From Gemmatimonadales bacterium (GTDB taxonomy: Bacteria > Gemmatimonadota > Gemmatimonadetes > Gemmatimonadales > GWC2-71-9): DNA of 64,000 nt. Below are positions 36,770 to 44,951 of this stretch, one piece after another (the stretch's first letter is position 1; each line of letters opens with the position of its first letter). The stretch is from positions 6,597 to 70,596 of the forward strand of contig DATLKF010000024.1 of assembly GCA_035538515.1 (NCBI GenBank), read 5' to 3'. A program made the position numbers and the translations under genes. The notes below the pieces were generated by a model, which did no database searches, was not told the origin of the DNA, and worked only from the letters and a program-made list of their open reading frames with translations.

Positions 36770-37793
36770 CCATCCGCTGGTGCAGCTGACGCTGGCGCGC
36801 ATGCGGGAGTTCTATCGTGAGCCCGAGGCGATCTTCTGGGTGTTCGGATTCCCAATCGTGCTCGCGTTCGCGCTGGGGATCGCGTTCCGGAATCGGGGTC
36901 CGGGCGAGCTGCGTGTCGCGGTGCTCCGGCGTTCGGGAGACAGCGCCGTGGTCGCAGCGCTGGCCGGCGCTCCCGGTCTCTCCGCCGTGGCGCTCGATTC
37001 GAGCGCGGCGCGGCTGCAGCTCCGCTCCGGCCGGGTCGCCCTCTTGGTCGTGCCGGGTGAACCGCTGGTGTACCGCTACGACTCCACCCGGACCGAGACC
37101 CGGCTCGCTCGCCTCGAGGTCGATGAGGCGATCCAGCGGGCCCGCGGCCGCGCCGACGCGGCGCGCGTGACGGACGAGCGCGTCAGCGAACCGGGCGCGC
37201 GCTATATCGATTTCCTTATCCCGGGCCTGCTCGGCATGAACCTGATGGGAAGCGGGCTGTGGGGGGTGGGCTTCTCGGTCGTGCAGGCACGCACCAAGAA
37301 GCTGCTCAAGCGTTACATGGCGACGCCGATGCGGCGCAGCCACTACCTCCTGTCGTTCATCCTTTCGCGGCTGGTGTTCCTGTTCGTCGAGGTGGGAGCG
37401 CTGGTGGGGTTCGGTTGGTGGATCTTCGACGTCGGCGTGCGCGGCTCGCTGAGCGCCGTCGCGGGCATCACGGTGCTGGGGGCCCTCTCGTTTGCAGGAC
37501 TGGGCATGCTGGTGGCGAGCCGTGCCCGCACGATCGAGGCGGTCTCCGGGCTCATGAACCTGGTGATGCTGCCGATGTGGATCTTGTCGGGTACCTTCTT
37601 TTCCTACGCCCGCTTTCCTGACGCCATGCAGCCGTTCGTGCGTGCCCTGCCACTCACCGCGCTGAATGACGCGCTACGCGCCGTGATGATCGATGGTAGC
37701 AGGCTGACTCAGCTCGGGACGCCGCTCGCCATCGTCGCGGCGTGGGGACTCGTGAGCTTCGTGGTCGCGCTGCAGATCTTCCGCTGGCGCTGA
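36762..37793 (+). CDS. ABC-2 type transporter permease
   Basis: Overlaps the ATPase gene by 8 nt. It has an N-terminal soluble loop followed by 6 TM segments typical of ABC-2 permeases. Confidence 0.85.
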   Translation: MRDHPLVQLTLARMREFYREPEAIFWVFGFPIVLAFALGIAFRNRGPGELRVAVLRRSGDSAVVAALAGAPGLSAVALDSSAARLQLRSGRVALLVVPGEPLVYRYDSTRTETRLARLEVDEAIQRARGRADAARVTDERVSEPGARYIDFLIPGLLGMNLMGSGLWGVGFSVVQARTKKLLKRYMATPMRRSHYLLSFILSRLVFLFVEVGALVGFGWWIFDVGVRGSLSAVAGITVLGALSFAGLGMLVASRARTIEAVSGLMNLVMLPMWILSGTFFSYARFPDAMQPFVRALPLTALNDALRAVMIDGSRLTQLGTPLAIVAAWGLVSFVVALQIFRWR

Positions 37794-37812
37794 GCTCCTG
37801 CTGTCACACTCG

Positions 37813-39585
37813 TCACGCGCCCCACAGCAGGTGCCGCAGCCGGTACGCCAGGCCGCGGGAGCGACGCAGGGCGTCGCGGAATGCGGTCGCGGTCGCATAC
37901 CGCTTGCTCGGATCGCTGTTGAGCGCGGTGCGTAGCACGTCTTCGAGCTCGCGTGACACATCGCGGCGCGCCGCATGGAGCGGTGGGACGTCGTCCATCG
38001 TCTGACGCGCGAGGATGGCTTCGGGCGTGCGTCCCTCGAAGGGTGGGCGCCCGAGCAGGGCGAAATACGCCGTGGCCGCGAGCGAATAGAGATCGGCCCG
38101 CTGGTCGACGCGCTCTCCGAGCAGCTGTTCCGGCGCCGCGAACTGCGGCGTGCCGCTGCGCGACGTGGCGCCCCCAAAACGGCTGTCGCCCCGCAGCGCG
38201 AGCGCCAGCCCGAAGTCGGTGATGCGCAGCCGGCCGTCCGGCTCGATCAGCAGGTTCTCGGGCTTCAGATCGCGATGGACCAGCCCGAGCCCGTGCGCGT
38301 GCTCGAGCGCCGCGAGCGTCTGATCGAGCACGCGCACGGTCTGGTCGACCGAGAGCGGGCCCTGCTTCTGCACCAGCTGCGCCAGGTTCGTGCCGGGAAC
38401 GAGCTCCATCGTGTACCACTGCAGCCCCGCCCGGCTCATGATGTCGTAGATGCTCACGATACTGGGGTGGCGCACGCGAGCGGCGAGCTGCGCCTCGCGC
38501 CGGAACCGCTCCATGACGCTGGGATCGGCCGTGAGCGACGGATGCAGCACCTTGATCGCCACCTCGCGCTCGAGGCCTAGGTCGCGCGCTCGGTACACCC
38601 GGCCAAAGCCACCCGTGCCGATTTCGTCGAGCAGCTCGTAGTCGTCTCCGAGGGCCCGCCGCAAGCGCCGCTCGAACCCCACCTCCGCCACCTGCGGCGT
38701 GGCCGGGGGCGGTTGGAACACCCCCGCGTCCATCACGAAATCCTCGAGCATTTCGGTCGCTGTGAAGTAGCGATCGCCCGGTGCGCTCTGGAGCGCCCGC
38801 ATCAGCACGCGCTCGAGGACGACGGGGACGGCCGGGCGCAGCTCGCGCGGCGGACTGAGGCGGCCGGGATCGGGAGCCGGCTCCTGACCGGTCAGCACGA
38901 AGTACACGAGCGCCGCCACGGCGTACACGTCGCTCGCGGGCTCGCCGGGCTCGCCCGCCCGCACTTCGGGAGCGACGAACCCCCCGCCCGTGCCGCGCTC
39001 GTCCGCCGGCACGTTGGGCAAGCACCAGTTGCAGTATCGCAGGTCGGTGACCACCGCGCGTCCCGACGCCTCCAACATGAGCGTCGTCGGCACGATGCGA
39101 CGCAAAATCACGCCGCGTGCGTGCGCATGCTCCGCCGCGCCGAGCAGGTCGCGCACGAGCGCGAGGGCGGTGGGAAGCGGGCGGGGGCCGCGTCGCAGCG
39201 CGTCGGCGAGGCTCTCCCCATCGACCCAGTTCGCGGTGCGGTACGCGACGCCCTCCAGCACGTCGGCGGAATACACATGACGGATCGCAGGATGATCGAG
39301 CGCCGCCAGCGTCTCCGTTTCCCGCAGGAACCAGGCGCGACCCGGGGCGTCGGCCATCAGATGCACGTGCAGCGCGACGTGCCGCTTGAGCAGGCGGTCC
39401 CACGCCTGGTACACCGCGCGCTCTGGCGTCGCGGCCACGAGCTCCAAGGTGAAGTCGGCTGAGAGTGCCTGCACCACACCTTCCAGGCGCCCGGCGGGAA
39501 TGGTCGATCCGAGTGTGCCCACGGCCCCATAAGGTAGCACGAACGCAAACGGTGATTCTGGTGACGCCGGCGAAACAAAGGGCAC
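37813..39585 (-). CDS. soluble tandem pseudokinase-kinase Ser/Thr protein kinase
   Basis: The C-terminal domain is canonical: GTGGFGRVY, VAIKVL, HRDLKPEN, DFG, APE. The N-terminal domain is kinase-like but degenerate: VALHV for VAIK, ILRRIVPTT for HRDLKPxN, TDLR for DFG, with APE kept. No TM segment is present. The start is GTG at 39585, with an alternative GTG at 39540. Confidence 0.85.
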   Translation of the reverse strand: MPFVSPASPESPFAFVLPYGAVGTLGSTIPAGRLEGVVQALSADFTLELVAATPERAVYQAWDRLLKRHVALHVHLMADAPGRAWFLRETETLAALDHPAIRHVYSADVLEGVAYRTANWVDGESLADALRRGPRPLPTALALVRDLLGAAEHAHARGVILRRIVPTTLMLEASGRAVVTDLRYCNWCLPNVPADERGTGGGFVAPEVRAGEPGEPASDVYAVAALVYFVLTGQEPAPDPGRLSPPRELRPAVPVVLERVLMRALQSAPGDRYFTATEMLEDFVMDAGVFQPPPATPQVAEVGFERRLRRALGDDYELLDEIGTGGFGRVYRARDLGLEREVAIKVLHPSLTADPSVMERFRREAQLAARVRHPSIVSIYDIMSRAGLQWYTMELVPGTNLAQLVQKQGPLSVDQTVRVLDQTLAALEHAHGLGLVHRDLKPENLLIEPDGRLRITDFGLALALRGDSRFGGATSRSGTPQFAAPEQLLGERVDQRADLYSLAATAYFALLGRPPFEGRTPEAILARQTMDDVPPLHAARRDVSRELEDVLRTALNSDPSKRYATATAFRDALRRSRGLAYRLRHLLWGA

Positions 39586-39625
39586 CTTGAGAGTGTCTCA
39601 ATTGGGCCCACAGGAGGAGGAGCCC

Positions 39626-40030
39626 ATGCTGCGCCCGTATTGCTTGACTGTGGCGTTGCTCGTCGCCGCCTGCGGCCCCGGGATGTACACACGGGCCGAG
39701 GTCGTTTACGCGGAGCCCCCCCAGTACGAGTACGTCGTGCCGGTGGATCGGGTGGTGATCGTGACGCGCGAGGTGCTGGTCGAGCGAGGCTACACCGTGT
39801 ATCGCGTTGAAACCCACGGTCCGAACCGCATCGTCTGGGCACGCCGTGATGGCGAGGACGAAGATGAGGACGAGGTCGTTCGTGTGTTCGTGAACCGCGA
39901 GGGAGAGCGCGTCATGGTGCGCGGCCTGAACGAGCGTCACGACCGCGGCAAGCACAAGGGCTGGGAGCGCCGGGGACGCGCCGAGGGGGTCGTGGCCCGG
40001 ATCGACGAACGCCTCCGGTCCGAGCACTAG
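39626..40030 (+). CDS. lipoprotein, unknown function
   Basis: This is the internal ATG of ORF 39587..40030, after AGGAGGAGGAG. The lipobox is LLVAACG. It has an acidic DGEDEDEDE patch and a basic C-terminus. Confidence 0.65.
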   Translation: MLRPYCLTVALLVAACGPGMYTRAEVVYAEPPQYEYVVPVDRVVIVTREVLVERGYTVYRVETHGPNRIVWARRDGEDEDEDEVVRVFVNREGERVMVRGLNERHDRGKHKGWERRGRAEGVVARIDERLRSEH

Positions 40031-40088
40031 CCGCAGGGTCCGTCCGCCGGTAGGTTTGGGCCCCATTCGCCGCCAGCGAAAGGGCGCC

Positions 40089-40337
40089 ATGGCGTACGAA
40101 CCCCTGCCCGACCGCCGCACGCGCGGTGAGCGTCGCGAGCTCGACGACCGGCGCTCCGGCGTCGACCGCCGGTCGGCCACCGATCGCCGCACTTCCCAGA
40201 CACCGGTGGACGTCGAGCGCCGTCGCGGCGGGGACCGGCGCACGGGCGTCGAACGCCGCCGCCGGGTCCGACGCTCGCTCGTCCCTCGCCGCCGCGTCGC
40301 CGATCGGCGTGTCAAGGGAGTCGCGCCGCTCGCCTAG
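40089..40337 (+). CDS. Arg-rich [D/E]RR hexad-repeat miniprotein (82 aa)
   Basis: ORF 40056..40337 with the ATG at 40089. [D/E]RR recurs every 6 residues: PDRRTRGERRELDDRRSGVDRRSATDRRTS...GDRRTGVERRRRV...ADRRV. Third codon positions are strongly G/C. The repeat codons differ synonymously (GAC/GAT, CGC/CGG/CGT), which supports this as the reading frame. Confidence 0.6.
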   Translation: MAYEPLPDRRTRGERRELDDRRSGVDRRSATDRRTSQTPVDVERRRGGDRRTGVERRRRVRRSLVPRRRVADRRVKGVAPLA

Positions 40338-40347
40338 TATCCCGTCC

Positions 40348-42207
40348 GTGCCGTATCTCCGGCTGATCGACGCCGCCACACACCGTGTCACCGAGATTCG
40401 GGACCCCTTGGCGCGGCTGGGCCGGAGTCCCGACTGCACCGTCGTGTTGGGGAGCGATGTGGCAGGCGTGGTGTCCGCTGTCCACGCGGAGCTGCGCCAC
40501 GACGCCGGCGAGTGGCGCGTGGCCGATCTCGCGAGTCGCAACGGGACGTTTTTGAACGGGCGCCGTCTCGACGCCGCGACCGTGCTGCACGTGGGGGACG
40601 TGATCTCGCTCGGGGAAACCGGCCCCCGGCTCACTGTGGCCGCCGTGTCAGAGGTGCTGGCGACGACGATTCCGGAGCGCCCCGCGATCCCGGAGCCGCC
40701 GGAGGCGCGCGCCTACGGCGTCACGCTCCTCGACGCGGCGACCGGACACCTCTACGAAGCGCGCGGCGTGCGCATCCGCCTCGGGCGCGGGCGCGAGTGC
40801 GAAGTGCGGCCGGCGGGGCGGTCGGACACGATCGTCTCGCGAGTGCACGCCGAGCTCTCCGTCGGCCCCTCCGGCGCCCTTGCCGTGCGCGATGCCGGCT
40901 CCCGGAACGGAACGTTCCTGAACGACGAGCGCGTGACCACGCCGGTGCCCATCCGGCTGGGGGACCGCATCACCCTGGGCCGCGGTGGCCCGGTGTTGAT
41001 CGTGGAGGGGCTCGGGACGGCGCCGCAGCTTCCCGTGGCACGGCCACCGGCCGTGCTCGGCCGGCGGACCGCCGAGAGTCTCATCAGCCGCGCCATCGCC
41101 CAGGCGCGGCGCGAGCGGCGCCGCACCGGGCTCTTGGTGCTGCTCGTTCTCGCCGCGGGCGTGTACGGGGTCTACCGGCGTCTCTCGACGCGGGTCGAGG
41201 AGACGGAGCGGGCACAGCGGACGGCGGAGGACTCGGCGCGCGCCGTGACGGAGCGATTGCGTGCGGAGCTCGGCGCCGCGCGCGCTGCCGCCGCCCCGGC
41301 CGCCCGGCTCGACAGCCTACGCGCCCAGCTCGAGTCGGCGCAGGCGCGGACAGCGGAGCTCCGCGCGGCGTTGGACCGTGCCCAGGCCGCCGTCTCGACC
41401 CAGATCGCCGCCGGCGAGGCGCGCCGGCTTGCGTCACAGGCGGAGGTGCAGCGGCTGCGCGACGAACTCGCCGCCGCGGAGCGCCGCGCTCCCTCGGCCG
41501 CCACCCTCGACAGCCTGCGCGGCGCGGTCGGCCTCGCGGAGCGCCAGACCGACAGCCTCGAAGCGAAGCTGCGGGCCATCCGCGGGACCGACTTTGCCGC
41601 CATCGCTCAGCAAAATCAGGCCGCGGTGGGCCTCGTGACGGTCAGTTTCGGCAAGGAGTACTTCAGCGGCACCGGCTTCGTGATCGCCCCGGACGGCTAC
41701 ATGCTCACTAACTGGCACGTCGTGGCCGACTCGACGCACCCCCGTGCCGACACCATCTGGGTCACCATGGCCGACCAGTCCCAGGCACACTTCGGCGACG
41801 TCATCGCCACGTCGCAAGAGAGGGATATCGCCGTCCTCAAGATCCGCGGGTACCAGGGGCCCTACGTCCGCTCCGTCGACTGGGGTGGGACGAAAGCCCG
41901 GCAGGGAGAGCCCGCCGCCTTGATCGGCTTTCCCGCCGGCGCGGGCTTTGCGCGCCTGCGCTCGGCCGTCGTCCGGACGTCGATGACGGCGGGCATCATC
42001 TCCCGCGCCACGGAGGATGTGATTCAGTTCGACGGCATGACTATCGGGGGCTCGTCGGGCAGTCCGTTGTTCAACGCCAACGGGGAGGTCATCGCCATCC
42101 ACCGGGCGGCGCTGCCGCAGGCCCCGGGATTCGCGCTCTCGGTGCCCAGCAGGCACGCGGTCGCGATCATGCCCCTGGCCTTACGGCAAAGGCTGGGCCT
42201 GCCCTGA
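40348..42207 (+). CDS. dual-FHA / transmembrane / coiled-coil / trypsin-like (S1, HtrA-type without PDZ) serine protease
   Basis: A GTG at 40348 within ORF 40126..42207. There are two FHA cores (...SRNGTFLNGRRL and ...SRNGTFLNDERV). A TM segment is GLLVLLVLAAGVYGVY. An Ala/Arg/Glu-rich coiled coil follows. The protease triad context is NWHVV, DIAVLKI and GGSSGSPLF. Confidence 0.85.
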   Translation: MPYLRLIDAATHRVTEIRDPLARLGRSPDCTVVLGSDVAGVVSAVHAELRHDAGEWRVADLASRNGTFLNGRRLDAATVLHVGDVISLGETGPRLTVAAVSEVLATTIPERPAIPEPPEARAYGVTLLDAATGHLYEARGVRIRLGRGRECEVRPAGRSDTIVSRVHAELSVGPSGALAVRDAGSRNGTFLNDERVTTPVPIRLGDRITLGRGGPVLIVEGLGTAPQLPVARPPAVLGRRTAESLISRAIAQARRERRRTGLLVLLVLAAGVYGVYRRLSTRVEETERAQRTAEDSARAVTERLRAELGAARAAAAPAARLDSLRAQLESAQARTAELRAALDRAQAAVSTQIAAGEARRLASQAEVQRLRDELAAAERRAPSAATLDSLRGAVGLAERQTDSLEAKLRAIRGTDFAAIAQQNQAAVGLVTVSFGKEYFSGTGFVIAPDGYMLTNWHVVADSTHPRADTIWVTMADQSQAHFGDVIATSQERDIAVLKIRGYQGPYVRSVDWGGTKARQGEPAALIGFPAGAGFARLRSAVVRTSMTAGIISRATEDVIQFDGMTIGGSSGSPLFNANGEVIAIHRAALPQAPGFALSVPSRHAVAIMPLALRQRLGLP

Positions 42208-44739
42208 CGATGGCGTCGCGGCGCGACTCGCGACCTCGCGGATCACCCGCTCCAGGGCGGCCAGGTCGTACGGCTTGGTGACGGTCGGCACCGCCGACTC
42301 GCGGAGGAGCGCAGCCGTCTCGGAAGCGGTGTCGCCCGTCGAGAAGACGAGGCGCGGGACGAGGTCTGGTTGGTCGCGCCGGAGCCGTTCCAGAAATTCC
42401 CGCCCGCCCATTCCGGGCATGCGCACGTCTGAGATGATCACGTCGAAGCTGCGCTGCCGCAGCACGCGCAGCGCGTCGGCGCCGTCCGACACCCCTTCGG
42501 CATGGATGCCGTGGCGGCCGAGGAACCGGATCAGCGCGTCGCGCAGCGCGATTTCATCGTCCACCACAAGCACGGTGAGGTCTCGGGCGACCGGAGCGGG
42601 CCGGGGCGCGAGGGGGGGAGGAGCGTCCGGCGTGGGCCGCGCGTCCGTCCGCTGGTCGCGCTGCAACACGACGCCGAAGCGCGCGCCCTTCCCGGGCTCC
42701 GACTCCACCCAGATGCGCCCGCCGTGCTCCTGCGCGATCCCATAGCAGATCGAGAGGCCCAGGCCCGTCCCGACGCCCTCCGGCTTAGTGGTGAAGAACG
42801 GATCGAAAATCTTGTCCCGGATTTCGGGCGCGATCCCGGGGCCCGAGTCGGCGATCTCGAAGCGGACCTCGCCCTCATCGGCATGCGTGCGGATGTCGAT
42901 GGTGCGCGGTGCGTCCACGGTGACGAGGGCTTGCTCCGCGTTGATCAACAGGTTGAGCAGCATCTGCTGCAGCTCGGACGCGTCCGCCCAGATCTTCGGC
43001 TCGGCAGGGTCGAGATCGAGCGTCACCCTGATGTTCAACGTCGAGAGATGGTAGGAGCGGAGGGCGAACGTGCGGCGCACCAGATCGTTCAAGTCGGCGA
43101 GGGCCCGTTGCTTCCCGCCAGCGCGCGCGAACGCCAGGAGGTTGGACGTGATGCGCCCGATGCGCGTCGCCTCATCGTACACCATCTGCAGCATCTCGCG
43201 CTGCTCCGCCTTGAGATCGTCGAGCAGCAAGGTTTGCGCGAACCCGGAGATGATCGCCGCCGGATTGTTGATCTCGTGGGCGACGCCACTCACCAGTTGC
43301 CCCATGGCGGCGAGCTTCTCCGCCTGCTGGAACTGGGACTCCGTCCGCTTCTGCTCCGTGATGTCGCGCGCCAGGACCAGGACCCGGGTGATGCGGCTTC
43401 CCTCGCGGATCGGTGCGCACACGACGGCGGTGAGCCCGCGCATGCCGTCGTCGCGCGTAAACGGGACCTCGAACTGCTGCGCCTGCCCTCGAAAGGCCGC
43501 GGCCAGCCGGTCGCGAGCCGCGGGTGGGGCATCGGGCCCGAGGAAATGAAACACGTTCCGTCGTTCGGGCGGCCCCCCCAACCCTCCCATGGCCCGTGCC
43601 GGCTCGTTCCACTCGAGAATGCGACTGTCACGGTCGACCACCACGATCGCCTCGGGCACCGCGTCCATCACCAATCGGAGGTTGCGCTCCGCGGCGGCCG
43701 TGGCGGCGAGTGAGTCCATCAAAGACCGCGTCTGGCTCGCGACCTCGTTCTCGAGGAGGCTTGCGTAGCGCCGGTCGGCCTGCAGCGAGTAGGTGAACCG
43801 CACGCCCACGATCACCACGGCCAGCGCGATGAGCAGTCCACCCGCGGCGTCCTGGTACGGGGAGAAGGCTTCGTGAATGGCGACCGCCGCGATCGCCGCC
43901 AAGCCGATCGCCACCGCCGCCGCCCGTCCGGGGATGCCACGGTCCGCCGCATCCGCCGGGGCACCCGTCGGCGCGAGCGCCGCCGCCGACGCGAGCAGCA
44001 GCAGCCCGGCGTCCCACCCCAGGTCGAGCAGGCCGCCCGGGCGATAGCTGCCCTGTAGCGCGACCGTCGCGTACGCAATGTTGGTGACGCACAGCACCCC
44101 GAGGGCGGGGATGGCGAGACCGGCCGCGAGCGGCACGCGAGCCGAGTGGAGCAGCTCGATCAGGATCAGCCACAGCACGCTGATTCCTCCGACGGACCAC
44201 AGCAAGCTCGTAAGCACAGGGCCCACACCTGCGCCGCTCCGGAACAGCTCCACCAGCAGGAACTCGTACACCACCGCGCCGGCGGTGAGGGTCACGAGCA
44301 CCGTGTCGAGCAGCAGCTCGACGTCGAACCGCCGTCGTGGTTGGGCGCCGCGCAGCTGCGCCACCGCCGCGAGAAAACAGGCGTACAGCCCGAGATAGCC
44401 CACGTCCGCCAGCGATGGGTAGGGTGGGGCGATTCGTCTTACGAAGTGGTAGTAGGTCCAGGTGAGATGACCCAACAGGAACAACACACACCCCGCCCCG
44501 ATCCACAACCACACGCGCCGGCGGTCCGGCTCCGCATCGCGGCGGGCGACACTGACGCAACACGCCACCGCGAACGCCGCCGCCCAGGTCCAGGAGACGT
44601 CGGCGAGAAGCACCCGCTTCGCATCCTCCGCGGGGACGAGGGCATACCCCAGCAGGATCGCGAGGAACGACCCGGCAGCCGCTGCCACCAGTGCGCGGGG
44701 TTGCTGGAACGCGGGACGGGGAGGGGACGGGGGAGGCAC
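42181..44739 (-). CDS. hybrid sensor histidine kinase (multi-TM sensor, PAS, HisKA, HATPase_c, receiver)
   Basis: The N-terminal roughly 300 aa are polytopic. The kinase has HEINNP (H-box), DSGPGI and GTGLGLS. The C-terminal REC has VVDDE...[14 protein letters not shown]. Its 3' end overlaps the convergent FHA-protease gene by 27 nt. Confidence 0.88.
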   Translation of the reverse strand: MPPPSPPRPAFQQPRALVAAAAGSFLAILLGYALVPAEDAKRVLLADVSWTWAAAFAVACCVSVARRDAEPDRRRVWLWIGAGCVLFLLGHLTWTYYHFVRRIAPPYPSLADVGYLGLYACFLAAVAQLRGAQPRRRFDVELLLDTVLVTLTAGAVVYEFLLVELFRSGAGVGPVLTSLLWSVGGISVLWLILIELLHSARVPLAAGLAIPALGVLCVTNIAYATVALQGSYRPGGLLDLGWDAGLLLLASAAALAPTGAPADAADRGIPGRAAAVAIGLAAIAAVAIHEAFSPYQDAAGGLLIALAVVIVGVRFTYSLQADRRYASLLENEVASQTRSLMDSLAATAAAERNLRLVMDAVPEAIVVVDRDSRILEWNEPARAMGGLGGPPERRNVFHFLGPDAPPAARDRLAAAFRGQAQQFEVPFTRDDGMRGLTAVVCAPIREGSRITRVLVLARDITEQKRTESQFQQAEKLAAMGQLVSGVAHEINNPAAIISGFAQTLLLDDLKAEQREMLQMVYDEATRIGRITSNLLAFARAGGKQRALADLNDLVRRTFALRSYHLSTLNIRVTLDLDPAEPKIWADASELQQMLLNLLINAEQALVTVDAPRTIDIRTHADEGEVRFEIADSGPGIAPEIRDKIFDPFFTTKPEGVGTGLGLSICYGIAQEHGGRIWVESEPGKGARFGVVLQRDQRTDARPTPDAPPPLAPRPAPVARDLTVLVVDDEIALRDALIRFLGRHGIHAEGVSDGADALRVLRQRSFDVIISDVRMPGMGGREFLERLRRDQPDLVPRLVFSTGDTASETAALLRESAVPTVTKPYDLAALERVIREVASRAATPSSGQAQPLP

Positions 44740-44951
44740 GAGCGACCTTGCGCTAACCTAACGGGACGCGCCGCTGGCCGCGAGGCCGCGTTATGTTTCG
44801 CGGCGGTATGGCTCGCTTAGGATGGAGATCCGCGCCTCGCGCCTCGCTCGCGCAACTCGACGAGCAGGCGCGAGGTGACATGCGCGCCCTGCTCGCCCGG
44901 GGGCGGCACGTGGCCCACGTCCACCTGGGCCGTCCCGACGACGTCAGCGAC

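Noticed and set aside
37709-40315. An 868-aa minus-strand ORF, the longest in this region. Similar very long ORFs include 475..1992(-), 8107..9891(+), 10304..11377(-) upstream part, 44146..44820(+), 48129..50021(-), 54236..55585(+) and 60373..61692(-).
   Set aside because: Their translations are Arg/Ala/Pro/Gly-rich and low in complexity. They have no recognisable domains and lie antisense or out of frame to genes with clear family motifs. This is the typical stop-codon-poor artefact of a very GC-rich genome.
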